Shown here: positions 39,809-50,347 of the stretch, piece by piece | Position numbering within the stretch: the stretch's first letter is position 1 | Layout of the letters: each line of letters starts with the position of its first letter | Assembly (NCBI GenBank): GCA_051362555.1 | Contig: CM120644.1 | Location: forward strand, 6,146,954-6,210,953 | From: Lingula anatina | Lineage: Eukaryota; Animalia; Brachiopoda | Direction: 5' to 3' | Length of the DNA: 64,000 nucleotides | The notes under the pieces: model-generated | Databases searched by the model: none | The model's input: only the letters and a program-made list of their open reading frames with translations | Told to the model about the DNA's origin: nothing | Program-made: the position numbers and the translations under genes

Positions 39809-42800
39809 TCAAATTGAAAATAACTTAATTATATTTGAATTGTACTGACAGATTGACTTATCTGTTTTCACCAGATATCTAAGCGATGAAATCAAACCTC
39901 CTAATGTTGGTTTACCCTGTGAACATCTTCTTAAATAAATATAAAATTTAAATTGCAACATAATGAGATTAATAATTGGAGAGAGGCTCGTAGAGCCGAC
40001 TAAGCAATTCCTTTTTGAGACAGGTAGAATAACTTGAGTATTAGATAATATATATTCTACCAAGTCGGTCAATAATTTTTGGGTAACCGCACAATTCCAG
40101 AATAAATGCTCTGTTGTTTCTTCAGCTCCTTTGCAAAGGGAACATATACTGTTGTCTACCATTTTATATTTGAAAAGCAGTGAATTTGTGGTAAGGATAT
40201 TATGATTAATTCGAAATTGGAACCAGTGAAGCTTTGAATCTTTTGTTATTGTGAAAGGAAGTTCAAAAATCTTCGGGCATTCATTTTCTTCCAAATTTAA
40301 CAACTCCTTCCATTTATTCATACCTTTTGACATCTCAAGAACACCTACTTTACTTAAAGTTTTATAATAAATCTTTGAGCCTTTTGAACAACCTGAGAGC
40401 AACAATATATAATCGGGAATTAAAGGAGTGGCCATTTTACTTAATTTTTCAGGAATACCACCAAGCCATTCTTTTATGGCTGAGATAATTCCATGGTATT
40501 CGACAAAATTTGTGTCAATACCGTGGATATCCCTGAACGCAGTGAAGTCATAGAACTCCCCAGAGTCCAGGAGTAGATCATTAACAAATCTAATGTTTTT
40601 GTCATACCACGATGTATAGAAGACAGGTTTATTTCCAATAAGTATATTTTCATTTAGGAAGAGTGGAATGTTACCAAAATCCTTGATTTTATTGGCCATT
40701 ATTGTACCACAGAGTTCTTTCCAGGCTGCTAAGGCATCAATCCAGAATCTATTTTTTATATTTTTCAAGATTTTTGAGATATATTCTGTACCACATGTGA
40801 TTAGTTTTTCAGTGTCTACATATTTGGATATAATATTTTTCCATTCTTTATTTTCGAACATAAGTCTTCTTACCCATGAAATTTTTAACGATTTTATAAA
40901 ATGCCTCACGCTTACCATCCTCAAGCCCCCAGCTTTATAATCTCTTATAATGATATTTCTTTTAATTTTATCAGGTTTATTATTCCAGAGAAAAGAAAAA
41001 AGACACTTTTCTAATTCTTTAATCTGTTTTTCCTCTGGGTTTGGGAGCGATATAAATATATGGTTCAATACCGGCAAGGCTAATGTTTTTATTACTGTTA
41101 TTTTACCAATTGGTGTTATATTTCTTACTCTCCACTGATTAAGTATTTTTTTCATGGAAGTTAACTTGGTCTCCATATTTTGCTTCGTTATCTTACCTAA
41201 ATCTACATCAAATTCTATCCCTAGCATTTTAAAACTAGTTTTTCCCCAATCTAATCTATATTTTGGGCAGAGGATATCATTAGAGTATCGCTTTGACCCA
41301 ATCCATATAACTTCAGTTTTAGAGAGATTAATATGCAGACCGGAGATCTTCGAAAATTTATCCAAGACAAACATACATTCATTCAGTGACTTTTCACTCC
41401 CGTCAAGTATAAGAGTAGTGTCATCTGCATATAATGAAATTTTTAATTCTTTTGCACCTATATTAATACCCTTTATATTGTCATTGTTTCGTATAAACGC
41501 CGCCAATATTTCGGCGCATAGAATAAAGAGATAGGGTGAGAGGGGATCCCCCTGACGGCATCCTCTATTAATTTTAAAGAATTCCGACATATTCCCCCCT
41601 TGATTTACTGTAGCAGAGATGTCATTGTAGAACAATGATACCCATCTCCTAACTGAATCACCAAAGTTAAAAAAGGTCAGAACCTTTTGAATGAATGACC
41701 AAGACAAGGAATCGAATGCCTTTTCAAAGTCAATTAGTAACAGTAACCCAGGAATATTTTCTTCCTCAGTATACTGCATTGTATCGTATATAAGTCGCGT
41801 GTTCTCTCCGATATATCTACCAGCCATGAATCCGGTTTGTTCCGGATATATTAATTTATCTAACACTAGTTTTACCCTAGCAGCTATCGAACCCGAGGCG
41901 ATCTTGTATATAGTATTGAGAAGTGATATGGGGCGCCAGTTTTTAAGAAAGTGGCGTGGTTTATCTCCCTTTGGGAGGCAAGTGATTATACCTTGTTTTT
42001 GCGTCACCGATAACTGGCCAGTTTCGTAAGCAAAATTAATTGACCTGACAACAAAAGAGCTTAGTTGTCTCCAAAATACCTTATAGAATTCAACTGAAAA
42101 GCCGTCAGTTCCCGGGGATTTGTTCGATTTCATTTTAGATAATGTTTGTGCTGCTTCTGCCTCCGTAATGGGCCCTTCCAATTCTGCAGCTTCCAGATTG
42201 CTGAGTTTATAAACATCGTTAAGGGTTACCTCATTATCTAGATTAACATCTTCCATGTTATGCTCCCGGCATGCATACAGATTTTCATAAAATTTTTTGG
42301 TATTTTCTAGTATCTTCCCCTGGTTAACAATAATTGTGCCATCATCTAGCTGAATTCTTGGAATCAGTTTATTGGTAAAATTTCTCGATTCTAGACCACA
42401 AAAATATTTAGTTGGTTTTTCGCCTTCCTCCACCCACTTAGCTCTGGATCTAATAAATGCGCCTTGTAATTTTTCTTTTCGTACTTCCTCCAATTCTTTT
42501 TGCTTTTGTCTTAAAGTCTGAATATTGGCCTCGCAAGTTATATTTTCTAAAAGTTCAATTTCCTTAACTAACTTCTTTTCTATTTCTGACTTTTTCTTTT
42601 TTTGGTAAGACGCATAAGAAATTGTCTTACCCCTAATTTCCATCAAAAGGGTTTCAAAAAATAGCTGATCATTTACCGTAAAATGAATTTCTCTGTCCGG
42701 TATATTTTGGAAGTTTTTGAAATTATATACCGGGACAGCGTACTGTTTTTTAACCTCTATAATTTTACTTCTAATTGCTTCGATATATGTGATATCGTGC

Positions 42801-43567
42801 AGTAAGGAATTGTTGAATTTCCAGAAGCCCCTACCCTTAACGTACGCGTGGAAGGTGAGTGACAGCACTACAGCCGAATGATCAGTCCTATAGCCGGGCT
42901 TAATATAACACGATTTAGTGCTACGTAACAAGTTTTCTGAGGTTAAAAAGTAGTCTAGTCGAGCTTGCTGAAAGGGTGTTCTTCGTCGCCACGTATACTT
43001 ATTAATATTCGGATGTAACTGTCTATACGAATCAATGAGGTTATAACTCTCCTTCATTTCCAAAATTTTGTTTCTGGCATTAGGGTTATTTACATGTCTG
43101 TAGTTTTGATAGTCCTTGGCCGGATCTAGCACCAGATTAAAATCTCCACATATTATAATGTTTTCACACTCAAAAGTTTCTATATTGTTAAAAAGGGAGT
43201 CAAAAAATTCAGGTTTATCCGTATTAGGGCCATATACCGAACAGATGAGAACTTTCCTATTTTCTATTAATGCCTCTAGTAGAATGTAGTTTCCATTTTC
43301 GTCTCGTTTCTCTTTAATTGGTTTAAATTCAAAATTATTATTTATCAGTATACCTACTCCCCTACTATTTGACTTATAAGAGCTGAAGAAACAATCAAAG
43401 CCCCACATATTTCTCACTTCGTTCTCCATTTCTTTCGTGAAATGACTATCTTGAATGCAGTATATATTATGATTTAAGTTTCTCAAGTATCTAAACACAT
43501 CTTTCCTTTTGGCTCTATCTCTTAAGCCCTGGCAATTCAATGTGAAAATAGTCAACTCGCTGTCCAT
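39809..43567 (-). CDS. LINE ORF2p: APE endonuclease, reverse transcriptase and C-terminal CCHC motif, 1252 aa
   Basis: TLNCQGL, GDFN, RLDYF, TDH (endonuclease); NWRPISLLN, RQGDPLSP, YADD (RT); CSLC..ETTEHLFWNC. Confidence 0.97.
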   Translation of the reverse strand: MDSELTIFTLNCQGLRDRAKRKDVFRYLRNLNHNIYCIQDSHFTKEMENEVRNMWGFDCFFSSYKSNSRGVGILINNNFEFKPIKEKRDENGNYILLEALIENRKVLICSVYGPNTDKPEFFDSLFNNIETFECENIIICGDFNLVLDPAKDYQNYRHVNNPNARNKILEMKESYNLIDSYRQLHPNINKYTWRRRTPFQQARLDYFLTSENLLRSTKSCYIKPGYRTDHSAVVLSLTFHAYVKGRGFWKFNNSLLHDITYIEAIRSKIIEVKKQYAVPVYNFKNFQNIPDREIHFTVNDQLFFETLLMEIRGKTISYASYQKKKKSEIEKKLVKEIELLENITCEANIQTLRQKQKELEEVRKEKLQGAFIRSRAKWVEEGEKPTKYFCGLESRNFTNKLIPRIQLDDGTIIVNQGKILENTKKFYENLYACREHNMEDVNLDNEVTLNDVYKLSNLEAAELEGPITEAEAAQTLSKMKSNKSPGTDGFSVEFYKVFWRQLSSFVVRSINFAYETGQLSVTQKQGIITCLPKGDKPRHFLKNWRPISLLNTIYKIASGSIAARVKLVLDKLIYPEQTGFMAGRYIGENTRLIYDTMQYTEEENIPGLLLLIDFEKAFDSLSWSFIQKVLTFFNFGDSVRRWVSLFYNDISATVNQGGNMSEFFKINRGCRQGDPLSPYLFILCAEILAAFIRNNDNIKGINIGAKELKISLYADDTTLILDGSEKSLNECMFVLDKFSKISGLHINLSKTEVIWIGSKRYSNDILCPKYRLDWGKTSFKMLGIEFDVDLGKITKQNMETKLTSMKKILNQWRVRNITPIGKITVIKTLALPVLNHIFISLPNPEEKQIKELEKCLFSFLWNNKPDKIKRNIIIRDYKAGGLRMVSVRHFIKSLKISWVRRLMFENKEWKNIISKYVDTEKLITCGTEYISKILKNIKNRFWIDALAAWKELCGTIMANKIKDFGNIPLFLNENILIGNKPVFYTSWYDKNIRFVNDLLLDSGEFYDFTAFRDIHGIDTNFVEYHGIISAIKEWLGGIPEKLSKMATPLIPDYILLLSGCSKGSKIYYKTLSKVGVLEMSKGMNKWKELLNLEENECPKIFELPFTITKDSKLHWFQFRINHNILTTNSLLFKYKMVDNSICSLCKGAEETTEHLFWNCAVTQKLLTDLVEYILSNTQVILPVSKRNCLVGSTSLSPIINLIMLQFKFYIYLRRCSQGKPTLGGLISSLRYLVKTDKSICQYNSNIIKLFSI

Positions 43568-44028
43568 AACATTTACAGATGTTAATGATAAGATAATACC
43601 TTAATAGCTGCATTAGTATATATAGAATATAAATATTCTCCGGTTATTAGAATTAAATAACATGCGTACGTTAGTTGATAATCGATATCACACTCACTCA
43701 CCATTCGCTCCTTAGTACATACAACAGCTATAACACCAATCAAAACACAAAAACATTGAAATATCAAAGGATAGAAGAGCCACGCCCTGCTGTTGCTCGG
43801 CATATATACCTTCAAATGTCAGTAGCTACATCAGCATAATAATACATGTAACAAAAATATATATATAGATAAACCCTACGAAGAAATACAAAACATGTTA
43901 CTAATCGGTCCGTTGCATGTCCTTCCACGTTGGCTTACTTCTGAATGTAAGTCACCTCCACCGTGTACATTACGCAACTCATCACAACTACTCCAATGTT
44001 ACCATGAAATAGATGAAGTGCACAGTAA

Positions 44029-45018
44029 TTACCCAAACGAAGCGCCTTCGGGTATTTCGCTAGGATCTTTGATGATTCGTTGCGTCCCATTCACTCGTAC
44101 TTTGAGTTTGTCCACTATCAATTTAGCGGTTTTGTCCCCTGCGGCCTTGGCTCTCTTCAGGACTGGGTACAACTCCTTGCGTCGTCGCTCAATTTCATGC
44201 GGAAATTGTTCTGAGATGCCGTAGTGGAGACCAGCTGAATTTTTCTTACCCCTAAGCCTGTAGGCGCTGTTCATGACAAGCATTCTACCTTTGTAGGGGT
44301 TGAATTTGGCGATAATAGGCCTTATTTTTCCCTGTTTGTTCTGTGGTCCCACTCTATGAATCCGGTCAATCTTTACTGAATGTCTTGGGTTTGAAATAGA
44401 GAGCTGAGTTTCTAGAAAGTTATAAAAAGCGTTCTCCGTTTCAGTGGGCGTTTCATTCTGTTTTTCCTCAACGTTATATATCAAAAGATTGTCTCTCATA
44501 CTGCGTGTTCTCATCTCTAACAATTCCGCGTCTACAGCCTTTTGGCGCTCAGTATTTATATTTGATTTATTTTCAATGACTTTGATCCTTTCTTTTAATT
44601 GTTCATTTTCCTTCTTCAGCGTATCCACTTCATTTTGCGTCAAAGTTAAACTTAAAGTAAGGTCACTGACTTTATTCAATAGTTCGTGTAGGATACTTTG
44701 GTTTGCTTCCGACATAGCTGCAATTTTGTCAATGGACGCGAGGCGTTTATCTATTGTAGATAGTATCGTTTGAAATTTACTCGTACCTTCTATAGATGGT
44801 GAGGTGTCATCTGGGCTGATTTCGCCCGAATGTTCGTTTGCACTTGTGTAGTCTTCGAGGCATAGTGGGCTGCCCATCCTGAGTTTCTTTGCTATGTCAT
44901 TATTTCCCGGTGAGGGATTTGATTCATGTCTTTGTCTCTTGTCAATCTGCAAATCCGGAGTATCCATTGTTCTGTCATTTTGTTTTTTCTTCGCCAGTTT
45001 GTTACTGATAGTAAACAT
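44029..45018 (-). CDS. LINE ORF1p (coiled coil plus RRM-like, L1 transposase_22 type), 329 aa
   Basis: Heptad coiled coil, RSMRDNLLIYNVEE, IDRIHRVG..RPIIAKF, ISEQFPHEIERRRKELYP. Confidence 0.92.
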   Translation of the reverse strand: MFTISNKLAKKKQNDRTMDTPDLQIDKRQRHESNPSPGNNDIAKKLRMGSPLCLEDYTSANEHSGEISPDDTSPSIEGTSKFQTILSTIDKRLASIDKIAAMSEANQSILHELLNKVSDLTLSLTLTQNEVDTLKKENEQLKERIKVIENKSNINTERQKAVDAELLEMRTRSMRDNLLIYNVEEKQNETPTETENAFYNFLETQLSISNPRHSVKIDRIHRVGPQNKQGKIRPIIAKFNPYKGRMLVMNSAYRLRGKKNSAGLHYGISEQFPHEIERRRKELYPVLKRAKAAGDKTAKLIVDKLKVRVNGTQRIIKDPSEIPEGASFG

Positions 45019-48005
45019 TGTGTCCTAGTATTGTTTCTCCGTACTTTTTGCTGATGTTACCGCAAACCTTATTTTAGTATCTCATAGTTTTTGTTACTTT
45101 TGATAGCTTTTTTTTGGAAGAGCTATGAAATACGTCTTACTCATCTCGCGCATGCGCCCTCTTTTTTTTTACAGTTTATGGCAGTTCTAAATAAATTTCT
45201 TATGATTTTTTAAAGTATGTTAGCTGAATAAATAAATTAATTAATTAGTAAATAATTATAAATAAATTATTATTATTAATATTATGTCTCTCGTAAGTTT
45301 TAATCCACACAACAGATGTATAGATTGAACAACCTTGAACAAACAGCCCAAACCCAGTCATATTCATCATTATTGTTGTGAATCATATCTATTGCTTTTT
45401 ATGCCCTGGCTTGGGATGGAAATTAAGTAGAGCTAATTAATTCTCCTAGGTCACTTGCTGTCAGGCTTATACTGGGGTTTAATGGATGAAATATGGCATT
45501 GACTCAGTAGATTCGAACAACATGGATTAATAACCCTTCTCCCCGTCTCCCATTTTTTTCTCTGGGGGGGGGGGGGAGGTACGCTTAAAGTGGGTACAAA
45601 TTTTTTTTTTTTTTTTTTTTTTTGAATAGTTGTCTTAGTATCCAAAAGACTTACTGCGAGTATCCTAAATGAATTATCATGACATGCAAAAATACAGAAT
45701 TATAAAAAATGAGGCATTTGGAATTTTTTAGTATTATACAATTTTTTAGTATGTTGTGTTTTTCTGGAATTCACTCTTCTTTATGTGCTTGTTCTTACAT
45801 GATATGTATACCCCCACCTCCACATTTATTGTTTTTTCTCCCAACTCTCTTTCAAGTTATTTTTGAATGCTCCTCATTGCCATAAAAGCAGATTCTCAAA
45901 ATAAGATGTAGTGAAAAAAACAAACCAGAAGGCTGTTGATATCAGCTTTCTCTGAGCACAGTAGATAGAAGTTACAATGCCTTCATTATATCTTGTTAGA
46001 AATGATAAGAACAAGGCAGCAGACATCTATATTGGTGTATAGCTGTGTTATTGGGCTTCTGTCCAACATTAACAAAACTCCAGGCTCTGAGGGCTGGATT
46101 GAAGTTATAGGGTTACTGCTGCTTTGAGGTTAACTAAATATTCTCTCTCTTAGTTGGTTTTTCATGTTATGAATGCATACACATATTGGAAAAATACTGG
46201 AAAAAAGTTTATTCTGTGCATTAAATGTTGTTTGCTTCAAGTGCAGACCGATTCATTGTTGTTCTTTTGGTTTCTGGACTAGATTATCAGAATGAAAATG
46301 CAATGTATTGATCACATTATCATATTATGATGATAGAGCTTTATATTAATTAATATTAAGCACTTCTCCAAAAAGTAATAAATGGGCACTTTCAAAGCAG
46401 CAGTATTTCTTCTAATCATACAAGGTGTATTAAACAGATTGAAACCTTTAGATATCAACTCACATCTTGCAGACTAAAATTCAATCAGTAAGGACCATTT
46501 GAGAGTTAATGTTGATACTCAGGGCAGTTTTTCTTAATCCACCTCATTGATAAAAGTTCTTTGGTAAGGGAAAGATATCTCGAGTGGCTTCTGTTCTTCC
46601 AATTAATATGTTCAGATGATCCAGGTGACTGGGATAAAATACCATCTCTGGAAATTGTGGTAAATAAGGTTAAGTTTGGTAAAGTTCATGGAGGGATTGG
46701 GGTATATTAAACTTTAAAAGTGGACTGTAACTGTTTGTTTGATTGATCGAATCAATTTTTTTTTCAACATTTTAATCGGGTAGTAAGCGAAGATAAATTC
46801 GTTTTGATTACTAGTACTTTAGTTTTTCTCTTTGAACAAAATAAAGGGGAATTGTAAATTACTTGCATGGTAGACCTTTTGAAAGAAACTTTCTGTGAGC
46901 TCTGGCAGTTATCGGGGAAGATTGCAGAATCCAGGAATATTCACAGAAATTCCAGGTAACATAGCCCCATCTTATGGGTTTTATGACCTGTAGCTGTCTT
47001 GTTTGTGAATGCCTGGGATGCAAAGCACATTTTCAAAGAGATGTTCTAATCTAAACTATGTCTGAAAGATATGCTAGGGTATGAGCACTATCAAAGGTGA
47101 TGTCTTTTTTTTCTGGAATGATTCAGATGCCTTACATATGAATGAGAGATCTGTCTATTAACTGGAAGCCTAAGGGATGATAACTTAAGGTTAGAGCAGC
47201 CTTTTTTTTAAATTTTCATGAGAAACGCTGAGGGTTTTCCTGTATTCATTTTACTGTTTGAAATTTAATCATATTCACCATTATGTTTAATTATTCATTA
47301 TTTTTAAAACTTGAATTACTATGGAATTTTGGAAAGAAAATATAATAAAATTTCTAGTCTTCTTCTTGGATAATCTTCACATTTCTAGTACTTTTTAACC
47401 AGAACTGTACTGTGTTCTAAACTCATATAATGTATTAGAAATTGTAGATTGATAGGTGTTTGCTAGAATATAGTACTGTACATTTTGTTTTAAATTCCAG
47501 AAAAGATTCTTATTTTACTTTTTAATCAAACAAAGGCACTCTTGTTCCTTGCATTTTTGTTCTGCCCACAGGTGCAATAATTTCATTTCTTAAAAAAGCT
47601 CTACGTTAAAAATACACATGTAAGAGACATAAGAATAAGGTATTCAAGAAGAAAATGGTAAGATTAAAGAGAGCTAAAATTCCTCAAATTAACCTGAAAT
47701 CTGAACGACTTTCTTATTTGGGATGAGTATACATGTTCATGTAGGAAATTCAACCTTTGCTATTTGATTACATACCTGTGGAAAACATGATAAGGAGGAA
47801 CTGGTATGACCTTACTTATGTTTATAGATTGTACTTCCATGATTTACGTGCAAATTTCAATCGGGTTAACCTGCTTCTAAAAGTACTTATATTAGAGTGC
47901 TGTGATTTTTTGTAGAAGTAGTACTTAGTAATTTGGCTATATCAAAATGCTTACGGAGATATATATGTTAATTAATTATTTATGTTGTAATTGCCTTCTG
48001 AAGAG

Positions 48006-48603
48006 TATCATAGAGGTGATTTCATGGCCAAATTTAATTTCAGAAAATCCCTATTTTAGTTCAAGTTATATGTAATTTAATTATATTTAGATGTCTTAAA
48101 ATTATATTAAGTGAATATTTAGGTAAATTACATTAAACTTCTATACAAATCAAGTCAGATGTCAGTGGATAATAAATGTATTTAGATGTCCAAGTTAAAA
48201 TTATATTAAAGTTCTGCGGGATGTTTTCGGGACTGAATAACTTCATCTATGGCTTCATCTTCCAGTTAAAGTTTAAATCAGCCTTTGTCTAATTGTGTTA
48301 AAGGTCTCCTGCAATGTGTCTTAATTCTGTTAATTGGCTTCAATATCTCTGACTTGCTTAAGGAATCACTGTAATGTAATTGTCCTTGTGTATTAGTATA
48401 TAAGGAGAAGAGTTTGCAATATACTGTCATTATTAAAGTCTTGTGTCTTCACATGAAGTAATCAGAAGTAGTGTAGAGTAGAACATATAGTCAGCAGATA
48501 GAAGTGGACCAGTGACACCAATACCTGGATTGTACAGAATAAAGGTAGAGATCACACAGATTGTAGTGAGTCTCTAGAAACGTAACAACGGCTTGGTGTT
48601 ACA
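48006..48603 (+). repeat. 5' LTR
   Basis: Matches 55352-55709 plus 56705-56944; TATATAA at 48397-48403, AATAAA at 48538-48543; inner end TGTTACA. Confidence 0.95.
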
Positions 48604-48612
48604 TGGTGGAGC
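48604..48612 (+). promoter_or_regulatory. Primer binding site (TGGTGGAG, possibly tRNA-Ala)
   Basis: TGG immediately after the LTR CA; complementary to a tRNA 3' end CUCCACCA. Confidence 0.65.
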
Positions 48613-48640
48613 CTGAAGATCCCCAAGTACCTCTCGCTAG

Positions 48641-49822
48641 ATGTCAAGTGTACCAGAAAACAACATAATCAAACAGCTACGAAACAGAAACATCATGAAT
48701 CAACAAGAGCAAGTCCACCCAGGAGCTGATCCCCAACTGCAAGAAGCAAGAGTAAGAGCACAACCAGAAATTCAACTAGGAGTCCCTCTACAACTATTTA
48801 CGGGAAAAGAAGATCCTGCACGATGGATATCACGCTATAACAAACTTTGTACAGCTAAACAATGGAATGAGCAAGAAAAGGTGCATCATTTTCCTCTCTA
48901 TTTAGATGGAGTAGCAGAGGAGTGGCATGAACAATTGTCACAGGATATTCAAGATAACTATGAACAGTTACAGAGAGCATTCAAGTCAAGATTCTCTTCT
49001 CATCCTCACGCTTATGACAAAATTGCAGCATTACAGAACATGGTACAGGCATCTCATGAAAAAGTTTTGGACTTTATAACAAGGAAAAGAACTTTAGCCA
49101 ACCAAGCACGCATACCAGAAGATCAGATGTCACAGTATATCATTCCAACATTGCTCCCAGAAATCAAGAAATTTGTAATTCAAAAACAGACAAACTCCCT
49201 ACAAGAACTAGAAGAGGCAGCTGCATTAGCTGAAGCAGCAATAATGTCCACAAACCTGAATGACAAGAAAGTGGATCAGGAAACAATGGGAGAAATTTAC
49301 TCCAGCCAAGCCCAGCAGTTCATTCAACAACCACAACAGATCAGTCAACAACCTCAGCAGTTAAGTCAACAGCCACAACCTTTCAGTCAACCGCTGCAGC
49401 AGTTTAGTTACCCACCCCAGCAGTATATTTACCCAGCACCGCAGTTTATTCAACCAGCCCAGCCATTCGGTTACCCAGCCCAGCAGTTCATCTACCCAGC
49501 CCAACAATTTATTCACCCAACCCAGCAGTTCAGCTACCCAGCCCAGCAGATCAATCAACCAGCACAACTAGAATCTAACAGCAGGACCCAAATGCCGTAT
49601 AATGAACAAGCAAGGTATCAACAGACTCAGCAACCTCGTCAACAGTCCAACCAGTCCAGGCAAAGAAACAATGGACCAAGCAGCAACAAACCGGACTATT
49701 GCAGAAACTGTGGTAAGTGGGAACCATTAGCTCAACACAAATGTCCAGCAAAAGGTCAATTTTGTCACAAATGTCACAAAGCAAATCATTTTGCTAGAGT
49801 GTGTTTAAGTAAACAACATTAG
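48641..49822 (+). CDS. gag: Gag (capsid, Q/P-rich heptad repeats, zinc knuckles)
   Basis: FTGKEDPARW..LYLDGVAEEW capsid motif; CHKCHKANHFARVC CCHC knuckle. Confidence 0.92.
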   Translation: MSSVPENNIIKQLRNRNIMNQQEQVHPGADPQLQEARVRAQPEIQLGVPLQLFTGKEDPARWISRYNKLCTAKQWNEQEKVHHFPLYLDGVAEEWHEQLSQDIQDNYEQLQRAFKSRFSSHPHAYDKIAALQNMVQASHEKVLDFITRKRTLANQARIPEDQMSQYIIPTLLPEIKKFVIQKQTNSLQELEEAAALAEAAIMSTNLNDKKVDQETMGEIYSSQAQQFIQQPQQISQQPQQLSQQPQPFSQPLQQFSYPPQQYIYPAPQFIQPAQPFGYPAQQFIYPAQQFIHPTQQFSYPAQQINQPAQLESNSRTQMPYNEQARYQQTQQPRQQSNQSRQRNNGPSSNKPDYCRNCGKWEPLAQHKCPAKGQFCHKCHKANHFARVCLSKQH

Positions 49823-50347
49823 GGGTACGTGCACAGCAATAAACAATCAGTCAATTCAAACAAAATTTTGGAACAACCTCAAATAGACATTTCAGCCTTG
49901 TTAAAAGGGAATCCATTGGAACACAACTTGGTAGAAATTAGTGTAGGAACTCTTCAATTCAATGCTCTTGTAGACACAGGTGCTTCTGTATCATGCATTT
50001 CTAAAAATCTAGTATCTAAACTGTGTCCCGATGTCAGTTATCAACCTTCATTTCTGAAAACTGTAAGAGGTGTAGGCGGTGAAAATCACCCAGTCTTTGG
50101 TTGCATCATGCTGTCTTTTTCCATTGATAATACCACCTTTCATCACAAATTTCACGTCCTTGAATGTCTACCAAGGAATGTCATCTTAGGTATTGATTTC
50201 CTACAGAATAATTCAGCATGTATGGACTTCAGTTCTAAAACCCTCACTTTCAAGGACAGCATAACAATCCTACTCACCAACAACAACATTTTGGAATGGC
50301 CAGACCTGTTTCAGATACTACCATACCTCCCCAATCTGAAAGCTTAG
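49823..50347 (+). CDS. Retroviral-type aspartic protease, in frame after the gag TAG
   Basis: ALVDTGASVSCI and VILGIDFL motifs. Confidence 0.85.
   Translation, partial: GYVHSNKQSVNSNKILEQPQIDISALLKGNPLEHNLVEISVGTLQFNALVDTGASVSCISKNLVSKLCPDVSYQPSFLKTVRGVGGENHPVFGCIMLSFSIDNTTFHHKFHVLECLPRNVILGIDFLQNNSACMDFSSKTLTFKDSITILLTNNNILEWPDLFQILPYLPNLKA

Larger units (their letters stand above)
39623..45159 (-). mobile_element. Full-length L1/Tx1-clade LINE, both ORFs intact, long poly(A) tail
   Basis: Poly-T at 39623-39671 followed by atttatttattg; ORF1 and ORF2 intact; GC-rich 5' terminus near 45159; inserted into a T-run (TTTT/A site). Confidence 0.95.

Noticed and set aside
40668-42029. Several + strand ORFs of 60-126 aa
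   Set aside because: Antisense shadows of LINE ORF2.
45160-45175. Acceptor-like tcttttttttttacag at the LINE 5' junction
   Set aside because: Explained as the T-rich endonuclease target/TSD; no downstream exon is evident.
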